Assembly: GCA_043228905.1 (NCBI GenBank) | Contig: JBHGNT010000022.1 | Coordinates: 12,462,001 to 12,526,000, forward strand | Direction: 5' to 3' | Length of the DNA: 64,000 nucleotides | From: Azolla caroliniana | Taxonomy: Eukaryota > Plantae > Polypodiophyta | Made by a program: the position numbers and the translations under genes | Shown: positions 1 through 11,561 of the stretch, one piece after another | Layout: each line of letters starts with the position of its first letter | How positions within the stretch are numbered: position 1 is the stretch's first letter | Notes under the pieces: generated by a model | Seen by the model: only the letters and a program-made list of their open reading frames with translations | Database searches by the model: none | Told to the model about the DNA's origin: nothing

Positions 1-553
1 GAAAGAGGGAAGTAGGGTAATAGGATTGACTAGTCAAGTCGACTAGAAGAATATCCCGTGGGCAAGTTACGATGTACTAGTCTTGAAGTATGAGCCATTG
101 ACTTTAAGATAAGTACTATCTAGCACTAGCTTGTATCTAGGGAGCTGGGTCATATTAAATGGCAAGTCAGTTGACAGAAAAGGAATACCTGCACAACTAT
201 TAAATGACCAGCACATTTAACATGACACAGAGACCAAAGAGAGGATATAATCCACTCTCTCTATCTCTTACACAATGGCTGTGACTATTATCTGTCCCCA
301 CTAATTTTGTGGTCGCCTGGTCTAGATCCCATCTAAGCTCTAAGGTGTGAGCGCATGGGTGGACTACCATTCTGAGCTACTCTCATATGTAACTCTATAT
401 GCCTATCTAATCGATTCTCAATATTTCTAACCCTATTTTGGTACAATAATCAATGTGGCCGGAAGTCAAGTATAGTCTTATGGATGTTTGACTCACAAAG
501 CAACTTCTAACAAATTTAACAATCTTCAACCCTAAGAAATAAACATCATCTAC

Positions 554-3500
554 CTGGACGACCTGATTCCAAAATCTCCTTCCCATGGCTCCAACCAAAA
601 GAGTACCTATAATGAGAGAACAAACAAAAACAGAAAAGAGTGTCAAAACTCGAACGAAAATTATTGAGCAAAAAAATGGAATCAGCTAAAAGACAATCAG
701 AGATACACATTACCCAGTGAATAAACATGTGTGCAGGGTGTGTGTGTGTAAACATAGATGTTTTTATCCGTGACACAAACCCATAATCTAAAGGTTATAA
801 AACCTATACCTATACTTTCGCCATAATTTGAGCCAGAAAATCCAATATCATTTTGGTCTACAGCACAAATAAACCAAAGTGGCATCACCAAGGAGTTCTA
901 AGAATATTGTTTTCACTTTTAGAGACAATTACTTCGCATTAGTTGAAGAAAACTGGTCATGAAAGTCAATCTAGAATATAGGTCCTTTTTTCCACAGTCT
1001 TCTTAGCCATAGTAATTATGGTTTGCAACCACATATAAGAGTATTCATGGTCTCCTATACCATGATATGATGTTTGGGAAGTAAAAATTGTTGAAAATAC
1101 TTGGAGGTCATTTGCACCATTCAAGCAAGTTGAGGACTAGTTTTTGGGTTGCTGTATTTACAATTCTACATGCTTCCAACATATTATGTGGGTCAATGAA
1201 TCCTTTTGCAAGCTTCTTTGACATAACCATGAAGATGCATCCCAATCTATAAAGGGAGAATTGCTCTCATGTGAAGCGTCATCAATAGAATTTTATTGTG
1301 AGCAGTAGAGAAAAAAAGAATTGCATGAAAAAGTGATGGTTATCTTACTCAAAAAATATGCTATAAGACATCTTATTAATAAAAGCTTGGGGTAATTGAT
1401 TGTCAGAAAAAAGTTATGCAAATTCATACCTGCTGCGTGGGTCTTCAAGTGTTTTCTTAACATCATCAGGAAGAGCTGCAAGGCTTGCATAAATTGAACA
1501 ACCCTCAAAAACTTCTTTTAAAAAAAAGATATATTTCTTACACTTTATAAAAAACAAATATAGGAATTTGCTAGGGTCAATCACATCTTTTAATCCATTC
1601 TTTTGCTGATGTATACCTTTCAGCTAACAGCAGCAGTCTCTGCCTCAGTTCTTTATAGGAAGGAACCTATGAATAACATTAACATCAATATTACTAAACC
1701 CCTGAATTGAGAGATCAAATTGTTTTTCATTTGTTTTTACTTGTTATAAATAAGAAAAAAAGTAAAACCTCACTTGCCCTTAAACATATACTTTGTCCTT
1801 CATCCCAATTCACAATGGTTTTCTTTAAAACTAAAGAGATTGGTCTGTAAAGTTTCTTGTTACCCTAGGGAAGGTGTACACATATCTGCTCACCTTTCGC
1901 CCCTTTGAAACTATATGCTCTTTTTTAATATCATATATAAAAGCCATTTGGTTTGCATTATATGCTTAATTTAGTTTGATTTGCACAAATGGCATTATGG
2001 TTTACGTGAAATGTTTTCCCATCAAGTATTCCTAGGAAAAATTTGTAAAAATGCTATAGTCTTATAGGCTATTTAGACCTTATTGTAGGTATCAATACAT
2101 CTTCATTTCTTCTCTTACTCTGAATCAATTAGTCATTAGCAGAATCATGCAATAAAGGTTGGCTTCATAGAGACTAGACAGACATGGATAGAACCTCCAA
2201 TTTAATAAGGGATGAAAATGGCCTCTACCGGGACCCATCTTATGAGGTTGATACAAAGCTTATGCCTAGATACACATTTGACACATGGATTGAGATGCAC
2301 ACCATTGGTTCAGCTAGAGACTAGGAAGACATGGATAGAACCCCCATGTTAGTAAGGGAAAAAAATGGCAAGAATCATTGTCTCCACATCATTGAGATGG
2401 ATTTATACTATAATCCATATCTACATATATGGACATCCATTTGACACATGGATTGAGATGCATACATCTGAGAATTTTGCAGTAAACACATTAAGTGGAG
2501 AAAAAGTTATAAGTATAGGGTTATATCTCTTTAGGAGAGGATTTATCAAATATGTTAATATCGCACTAGAGTTAAAGCCAATGAACAGTATCATGTGACA
2601 TCTGAGGATTCTACAAATTTTCCAGAGGCCATATATATCAATGAAAATGTTTGATCAAATATGTTTCTGTTCCTTTTGCTAGAGATCCACAAAATCTTGT
2701 TCGACCACTAGAATCACAGAAGCCTATTCATCCAAAGCACCCATCTAATGTAATAATCATGCATATAGATTGATATCCTAATTTGAAGTGTTTTGTAAGC
2801 TCATGTATTTATATCTGCCACCATGAAAGGAAATCATCATGATGAAATTGTATATGGAGGATCCAATATATTAATCAAGCATACATATAACATTCATTTG
2901 TAGTTTTTTGTAGTAAATAACATAAACAAAAACAAGTAACACTAATTCGTAGCGTTCATGAGCTCATTTATCACCATGAAATAAGAACAATCGTTATTTA
3001 AAGGTATTGTAAGTAAGCTCTCAACGGCTGCTAGTAAAATAGACAATACAATGCAAAAACCTAATTTGATTATGTATCAACATTGACCAGATATGTTATC
3101 TATTGTTAGGCTGGCACTCGGATCAAATAGTACATCAGATTAAATAGGCGACAATAATATGATAATATAGGAGCGGAGAAATAAATGACACAAGTATTTA
3201 CGTGGTTAGGCCAAATTAGCCTACATCCACGGACAGGAGAGTGATTCCACTATAAGAAAATATAACAGAGGGTTTACAAAAATTAGAGAAAATATTCTCT
3301 AATTAAACCCAACACCCAAGAGAATAACCTCACAATTCTCTCACAAGAATTTTCTCTCAAATATTGTTTCCCAAACTCTCTAATTCTCTCAAATCTCACA
3401 AGCCTACAACTCTTGGTAGTCTTCAATTTTCGGATGCCCCATCAAATGACTAAGGCTGCCTTTATTTATAGCCCTCACTTCACCGACTTTTACATAGTAA

Positions 3501-4154
3501 TGATGCACGTGGCCTTCATATATTCACCAAGAGTGATGACTTTGCAATTTAATTAACAACGCATATAGCTTACTCATTAAGTCTTTCAATTAGTCATCAT
3601 GCTTTGTGTAGATCATGCAGATGAGAGACATGGCTTTCCATAAACCACAACAATGAATTCAAGTCATTTTAACATCTATTGCTCACTAAATAACCAAATT
3701 CTAAGATGCAGACTAGAAAATAAAAACGTACGCCAGAAATAGCAACAATGCCAAGACCATTTGGCCCAAATCCTTCCTCCAACGCTTTGGAAACATCCGC
3801 ATCTTCATTCTGCTTAGTATAGATAATTCATAGCAAAAATAATCTTGACCGTGATTTATGAAACAATCCACGATTAACATATATGTATACATATATATAT
3901 ATATATATATATATTCATAGGTTCTAACTAGAGAAGTTGAAGATCAATGAGTATCTATATAAATAGATGGATAGATATGAACTTACATCTATATATGCCG
4001 CATCACTGTATGTATATGTACATATGTATGTATAGATACTCATAGACCTTCAATCTGAACTTGTGAGATGAATGCATTAAACAAGAGAAATATGCTATGG
4101 GTGATAGACCTGTATAAGCGAGTAGGGTATGGAGACGACGGGGATGGAGGCCAT
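554..4154 (-). CDS. 2-oxoglutarate/Fe(II)-dependent oxygenase family gene (At5g48020-like), 5' part; continues left of the window
   Basis: GT-AG exons 4154-4110 (MASIPVVSIPYSLIQ), 3809-3732 (NEDADVSKALEEGFGPNGLGIVAISG), 1666-1617 (VPSYKELRQRLLLLAE), 1483-1430 (LAALPDDVKKTLEDPRS) and 606-554 (YSFGWSHGKEILESGRP) splice in frame. EEGFGPNGLG and FGWSHGKE are family motifs recalled from the Arabidopsis homolog. Confidence 0.88.
2168..2463. repeat. Degenerate tandem duplication (~145-175 nt units) in an intron
   Basis: TAGAGACTAG..AGACATGGATAGAACC...AAAATGGC and CATTTGACACATGGATTGAGATGCA each occur twice. Confidence 0.7.
3104..3674 (-). mobile_element. Solo LTR (copia-type) in intron 2 of the oxygenase gene
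   Basis: TGTTA...TAACA termini, perfect 5-bp TSD TCTAT (3099-3103, 3675-3679), copia U5-type motif TTTACGTGGTT..GCCTACATCCAC and TATA (TATTTATAG) on the minus strand. Confidence 0.85.
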
Positions 4155-4208
4155 AGCCAGAGAACTCGGTATACATGTACAATGTATGTATGAACATATA
4201 TACATATT

Positions 4209-4297
4209 TATAATGTATAATGTATAATGTATAATCATAGATTCATAATGTATAATGTATAATGTATAATGTATAATGTATAATGTATAATGTATAA
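4209..4297. repeat. (TATAATG)n heptamer tandem repeat
   Basis: Directly visible array with one interruption. Confidence 0.9.
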
Positions 4298-5746
4298 AGT
4301 ATATCGACGTGTCTAACTACATACAAATATTTAAGAGGGCAAGTGAGGGAATCGCGGAGAGGGACGGTGTAGGTCGCTCAGCTTAGGGCACGTGTGATCT
4401 GCACCGTCCGATGTGGTAAAAAAAAAAACCGCACGAAGAAATGGTCGGTTATTGGGGAGCCTGACTTAGGAGCCCCACTCATTAATGAGCATTGACTATG
4501 AACACCTTGAATCCGTCATTTTAGGGTATTTGGATGGAAGAATTATAAAGGAGCACCAGTTGCCGCCAGCGAGCACTTGTCAACCACCTACCATCATCCT
4601 CTTTCGATCTGCAAAACAAAGGCGATAATAGGTATGTATTTTGATGGTTATTTCTATTTTTTACATCGTTATCTCTTTTCATTTCATTTATATTTGATCA
4701 CGTCTTATTATGTGGAAATCCAAGGCTTTTGATACTTAGTCATCTTATTTTATGGTTTGCAAGCTTTCATCTTATTTGATGGTTTGCGATGAATATGAAC
4801 GACCTTAAATAACATGTTTGTCTTAGGCATCTATAATGGTATGGCCTTCATTCATGTATCTTTCTTTTCTCTCTTGTTGCTAGAAGCAAGCTTGCTTTCC
4901 ACAACCATTTTTTCTTTGTAGTTTCTCATATGCCATCTTCTAAATGTTTGAATTCTTCCACTCTACATCGGTATCTTATTAAGAGAACTAGGTTCAATCA
5001 TGGTTCTAGACATACAATAGACTTTGTAATCAAAGTAGGATTTGAAAATTGATATATTTCAAACATTTTAATCTGCAATTTATTTGAATCACCATAAATA
5101 ACGTGTTTGAGTGGTGTCTCTAATTTTATGGGCTTCTTTTGTATCCCTTTTTTTCTTCTTGCCTCTCATATGCCATATTTGAAATGCTATTGGAGACACC
5201 TTGCATGTTCCACATTTCTCCATTGAATATTTCAAATGTTATTAAATATGAACTTGTGTCCTCCCAATTATTTAGCTATATCAATAAAATTTTGTTGCAT
5301 GCATTTGACAAAATTCTCGGTGTGCTTGGATTGTGAATTTTGAAAACTTGAATGCAATGGACATATTGGTGGTTATTGAAGATTGAATGTGGTTAGTATA
5401 GATGGCTGGTTGGTACAAGACCTTCATAGACTTTGATGCGGATTGGGGTGAAACAATACCCTATGAAGGGAGGCATGGCATGAATCATTTCTCAACTATA
5501 TATCGTGTATAAATAGTGATGTTTGTGTGCTAACTTGAATGATGGTTTAGGGTTTTTGTAAGAAAGAGTGGTAGGTGCCCCAAATCAAACGATATGGATG
5601 CTGAAAACAACATTATTGAAAAGCCTATGAATGACTCGAACACGAACCCCATACACGACATGGGACCATTTATTGAATGTTGAAGATGTCAAACTGAATG
5701 GTGAGCTAATGTACATTCTTGTAATCATTATTGAAGTAAGTATATA

Positions 5747-8172
5747 TTGGGTCAGGCCTCCCAGACCTCAGAAGACACAATGTTGGCCTTTCTCGATATG
5801 CCAACAGAGGCTTTCGAGCTCAATGCCATTTTGTGGCACGACACTTCCTTCGAGCTCATCGACTTCCTCGCTCGATTACAAGTAGCGGCCGCATCACGCA
5901 TGGCAGAGGAACACCAGGATAGAGCGATGGTCCAGAGAGCTATCGCCAGCGAACTCGAATCCGATGAAGAGGCAGCCCTACAAAAAATCGGTTGAAAGCG
6001 TCAAAAGAGGAGTAGCCACCTGCTCATCAAGCTGCATGACTTGAATACGACCCTGGTAGAAGTATACCAGGAATTGGCAAAATAGACCTGTGTGGCCAAA
6101 TATATGGCTTCGAGCAGTAAACAGACACGCAAACAAGCCAAACAGGTGATGGTCCTTTGGTAGGCTTCAGAAGCCAGAATAGCCGAACTCGAACAGTAGC
6201 TCTGGGAAAGACAAGGCTAGGGTCAAGCCAAACAACTCATCATCACCGCCATTTCCACCAACGCTCCCAACTTGGATAATCCCCTCCCCCACCCAGAACT
6301 GGCTGATGCCGGCCTTGGCTCAAACACCCTCCCTACACAAACCGAAACCATCACACTAGAGGTTCTCACCATGCTCTCAATGGCCACCGGCACCACCACT
6401 AATGAACTCGTCGAGTGCTTAGCAATGCAAACAACGGTGGCCAAAAAAGCCAAGGAACATTACATTGCAACCCTTGCCGAAATTGAGGCACTCTCCACAA
6501 CCCTCCAATAGGCCCAACACCGAAAAGTTAAGTTGCAAACACAATTCGACACAACCTTAAAGGAGAAGGCAGAGGAATACAACAAAACCTTGCAACCGCA
6601 CGAGGAGCAGGCAACAAGCTGCTTTCGAGAACAACAACATCACGCGGACAAGGCCGTGTGCGTCAAAGAGGAAGATAGCGTTGCAACTCTTCGAGCACAA
6701 GCAGAACAGATGGCTAGAGCAATAAAAATGGTAGAAGAGGGCTTCCAACGATTGCTTATGGCTACCCTCGAAGACCATAAGAAAAGTTCTCCGGGATGCA
6801 CAAGCGCAGTACCGACAACTGCAGAAGGAGCACGACACGTTGTTGGTCGATTTCAGCCAACATCACCAACAGATGCTCAAGCTCCAAATTCGCGATCAGC
6901 TACAACGCGACGAAATTGAGACGTATCGACACGAACTCGCCTCCTCCTGAAAGGACATTGAGGAAGCTGAGTTTCTGTTGGCGTGACAACTAGAGCAAGA
7001 ACATGACCATTGCGAGGACTGACTCAAGCAAATGAGGGCACAAATGAAAGAAATGTACGCTCACCACGCCAACTTCGTCAGGGATCTGCAAGAGTTCCGA
7101 GCGCAAAGTGAGATGAGCCAAATTCGGATTAAAGCTTTATTAACCAAGCATCAAAAACACTTGTACTCGCGGATTGACAAAGCTCTATCGCACAGATGGA
7201 ATGCGTGGTCGGCCGAAGCGGCCGAATTGCAAATATTCCGCGCCGATCACGAGAATCGACAAAAGGAGGGTCGAGGATTCTACAAGATGAATGAGAACAA
7301 CATCCAACTGCTCCGAGAAGACCTCACCGAGGAATTCTCCTCCCTTGCCCAAAGACATAGCAAGGAAGTCAAGAAACTCCTCCAAGACTTCAAGGACGAG
7401 CAACTACAACTATCCCTTGACTTAGAGCGTTGCGAACGAGAGCGACTCTAGGCTGAAAACATAATTGAGCCTCCTACAAATGAAGAAGAAGAAGCCCCCT
7501 GAAAGAGCATGCACGAGCCAATGGCAACACGGGGACACGAGGAGCAGATAGATATGGAACCGATACGCCAGGACCAGAAGTAGGAGCAAGGAGATTCAAA
7601 CAACCGACATACCAACCAGGAGGATGCACCCCACGAACCAACTCACACAGACAACTACAAAGGAGGGCATGAGAGAGTAGTAACCCACGATCAAGGAGAA
7701 AATTGGCAAGCATCTTGCACATTTTGGAAGAAGCATAATGTATAATATCAATTTCCGATTCTTTCAATTTTTTGTAATTTTCGAGTTTTTCGATTCTTTT
7801 TCGGTGTTCAACGTGCAAGGCACTGTCCCATGGGCATGCCATGTGTTACCCGGTGGGACAAGAGTGACATGTGTGAAACGTATCAAAAGGAGTCAAGGAC
7901 TAACAAACAACACAAAGGAAGCCAAATATCAAGGAAGGAATGTGTGGAAAGCACCACTATTAGCGAACATAGAAGGGGGATCTAGAGGATTAAGGGTAGG
8001 AATAGACAATCTGAGAGTGAGTGAGTGTAACCGAGAGTACTCGGTGCTTGTATCTGCATATTACATTTTAATTGAATATATATATGTTTTGTGGGTAATT
8101 TCCACGTTTTGTTTTGTCTACATTCCGATCTCTATTTATATATATCTATATAAGTTCCATCTGTGTAAGGAA
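5747..8172 (+). mobile_element. 3' remnant of a Ty3/gypsy element: degenerate extra ORF, tRNA-like tract (7825-7841) and truncated 3' LTR (7844-8172)
   Basis: ORF pieces 5747-5995 and 7032-7451 are homologous to 49218-49481 and 50274-50612. The LTR starts TGTTACCCGG, as do the LTRs at 42563 and 50913. Confidence 0.8.
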
Positions 8173-10047
8173 TGTTGAGTAGACAAGCCCAATCGGATTC
8201 AGATTGGCGTCTGGATCGAAGAACCAGATCGGTGTCCGGAACCAAGAGGTGGATCATAGAGGTGGATCAGTATGAACTGGTAGGCCGTTAGAGGCCTATG
8301 AATCTAGCCTAGTATGTAAGCACATGGGAGTCTGTGCCAGTTGCTCGTATGAGCATTGAAGTACATGTCAATACTTTTGTCAGTCCTTTTAAGGACTTGT
8401 ATAAAAACTGTTTTGTAGGACATTGTATACATAGAGAGTGATATTTTGAAATTGAATATATATTGTTTTGCTCTCTCTGTCTCTCTTGTGCATTCTCTAT
8501 GTGTTTTGAAGATTCCGTTAAACCTGTGTATATTTTCTGTTAACATCCGGTGAAGTTGGTTAGGTCTTCAAGCTTCTACATGTAATTCTTTTCATGGTAT
8601 CTGAGCACGAGGTTTGTGAATCCTCAGCTGCCGATAGAAAGCCTAAGCAGACCAGAGAAAACCTAACTTCCGGAAAAGAGAACGAACCGAAGAAAGAATG
8701 GACAAAGGGATGGCAAGCTCGCTTCCGACAAATAAGCTCAACAGAAGCAATTATGCATCTTGGTCTTACGAGATGCACCAGTACCTGCTCAGACACGATT
8801 ACTAGAGCTATGTCGAGGGAGTGAATGAAGTAGCACCGAAGTTGGCACACAAGGACTTTCCGGCATGGGAGCAAGGAGTGAGCAGAGTGTTCTACTATAT
8901 CGCGTCCTGCGTGCACAACTAGATGCTCGGCTATATCAAGGATGTAACAACGCTGAAAGAAGCTTTGGAGAATCTGAAAAGATTTTTGCAGCAAGCACGA
9001 CGGCCCGGAAGTTGCAACTCTGACAAGAGCTCAACAACGTCTGACAACGAGATATGTCGGTTACCAACTACACCACCAAGATCAAGGAGATCTGCAATGC
9101 ACCGAGTTCCATCAACATGATAGTGGACAAAGACGAGATGGTCCATATATGCCTCGGTGGTCTAGCACAATGGTATGGCCAATCTGGACGACGATATGCA
9201 CCCGAGCGAAGCCACCATCCTTCTTCGACCTGCAATCGATGCTGATGGTTGAACAAAACCACACGGGTGGGTCGAGGAGCACTCAATTGGACAATCAGAT
9301 GTTGTATATGGAGGCGGATCAGTCCCGTGGGCGTGGAGGATGAGGTGGGTCGACACGCAATAGCAATGGCCGGCAAGAGCAGAACTGAAGGCACATAGAT
9401 AGTGCCGACAACAGTTCAGGACCTCCGCGAGCAGTGAGAGTCAAAGCGACACCGCAAACCGGCAAGGAAAAGCCGACACAGAATGCTGATATTGTGGCAA
9501 GAAAGGCCATTAGGAGAGCGAGTGCTAGAAGAAGCGCGCCAATTCGGATAAATACGGATCCAGAAAGACCAGTCAAGGGAGTCGACAAAGCTCAGAGTAT
9601 GTCGAAGGATTAGAAGGATTCAGAACCGAAAAGACCGGAAAAGGGCCAACCTTTGTGATGAAACACAAGGCAAACTCGATGATTCATAAGACTACTTCCG
9701 GATTGAAGGAAATGTTGTACGTTAACTCCGGAGCATCAAACCATATGACGAGCCATGAAGAGTGGTTCTCGTATCTCGAGAAGTCGGAGGAACCGGGAGT
9801 TGTCGAAACCGGAGACGACACTCCTCACCCGATCGAGCATGTCGGAGAAGTTCCTTTGAGTCATGTCGGACAAAAGGGAAAGCTTATGAATTTATTTCAT
9901 GTTCCGACAATTACGAAGAACCTAGTGTCAGTCGAATAGATCGTCGACCAGGGGATGCAAGTGCGGTTTACGTACCTCGGGTGTTTCATCGAGGAAGAGG
10001 GTCAGATAATCGTACAAGGGCGTTGGGACGAGAGGATGTTTATCCGT

Positions 10048-11153
10048 TGTCATGAAGTACGAAAGCTTCACATTAAAAGTCTACAATAAGATAAATACGT
10101 AACTAAAATAAAATAAATCTTGATAATATTTTATACATAAAGATAATATTAACAACACACTATGATAACATTATATGTAGAGGTAAATAAGTAAATATAT
10201 TGCTATATTACATGGACAAGAAAGGATTTGAGCCAATAATCCTCACCTTATGACACTCTAACCTTACCATTTAGCCTATACTAACAATTTACAAGAAATC
10301 ATATGCGTTGTTTTATTTGAAGTAATATTTTACAGTCTAAACCATGTAATACACCATATAGCAAATTACATGGGCAAAAGGGGACTTGAACCAACAACCC
10401 CAACCTTACAAGCATTCAAACCTTACCATTTAGCCTATACTCGTGATGTATGTAAAATATATGTGTTGTAGTGTTGTATGGTTTAAACCATGAAATGTAC
10501 CACATGTGCACCATATAGCACACATGCAAAAGCCTCTCTGCATGTGCACTATATAGCACACATGTAAGAGCTTCTCTACATGTGTGCCACATGGCCCACA
10601 TGTAGAACAATCTCTTCCCTATAAAAGGAGAAGGGAGTATAGTCACAAGAAATCAAAGAATCGATCAATATCAAAAGAACTATATTATATATATCAAATA
10701 GAGTTATGTTGTAAGTGATATCACAATAGAGAAAGAAGAAAAGAAGGTCAATATACAAGAGGAGCTCTAAGTTGGTGGTTGTGTTGCTCAACTCTCAACA
10801 GAAAGGGTGGAGGTTCGAGTCTTATCTCATTGCAAGATAGAAGAGAAGATTGTGGTCTACTATCAAGAAAGAGAAGAGCGATAGAAGTGAAGATTGTGGT
10901 CTACCTTGTGAGACAAAGTTCGAATTCAACAACGCTCGCAACTATTTTGTAACCCTTTCATCAAATAATTATAAATCTCTTTTATTGCTTCAATTATCAT
11001 TCTATATCCTATCTTGTCATATCTTGTTGATCACTATTTATCTATTTCTAATCTTTCGTCTCTTCCGTCCAAAATCCCAACAATTCCTTCCTCACTTTCA
11101 CGTTATCTTCTATCTACGCAACGCTACGCTTCTAGACGAGGCACGCCATGACA
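10048..11153 (+). mobile_element. Solo LTR (1106 bp), chromovirus-like
   Basis: TGTCATG...CATGACA terminal inverted repeat and 4-bp TSD CCGT/CCGC. Excision restores the host copia frame (MFIRNNNDIGTALFAK, same length as MFILDSNEVKSFVYAK). TATA CTATAAAAGG at ~10619. Confidence 0.8.
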
Positions 11154-11561
11154 CCGCAACAACAACGACATAGGCACCGCTCTATTCGCCAAAGGACAAA
11201 AAGTTGAGTCGGATATAGACATGTGGCATAAGCGGATCGCCCACATTAATTATCAAAGGCTTCAAGACTTGCAGTCGAAATAGGTTGTATTCAGACTGCC
11301 TAAATTCAGTGGCCAGTAGGCCCAAATTTGTGAAGCCTGCCAGCTCGAGAAGCAACACCGGCTTCCGTTCCCCATCGAAAGAAACCGGAGTTGTAACAAG
11401 CTCGACTTGATACATTCGGATGTATGGGGACTAACACAAAACGTTAGGCTTGGCGGGAGCCAATATTTCGTCTTCTTCATCGACGACTACAACTGGCACA
11501 CGTGGATCTATCTCATCGAGAAGAAAAGTGAAGTCTTCGATTGTTTCCAAAACCTACAAAG

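Noticed and set aside
880-1290. Possible LINE 3' remnant in an intron
   Set aside because: Only a weak resemblance; no reconstructable motif.
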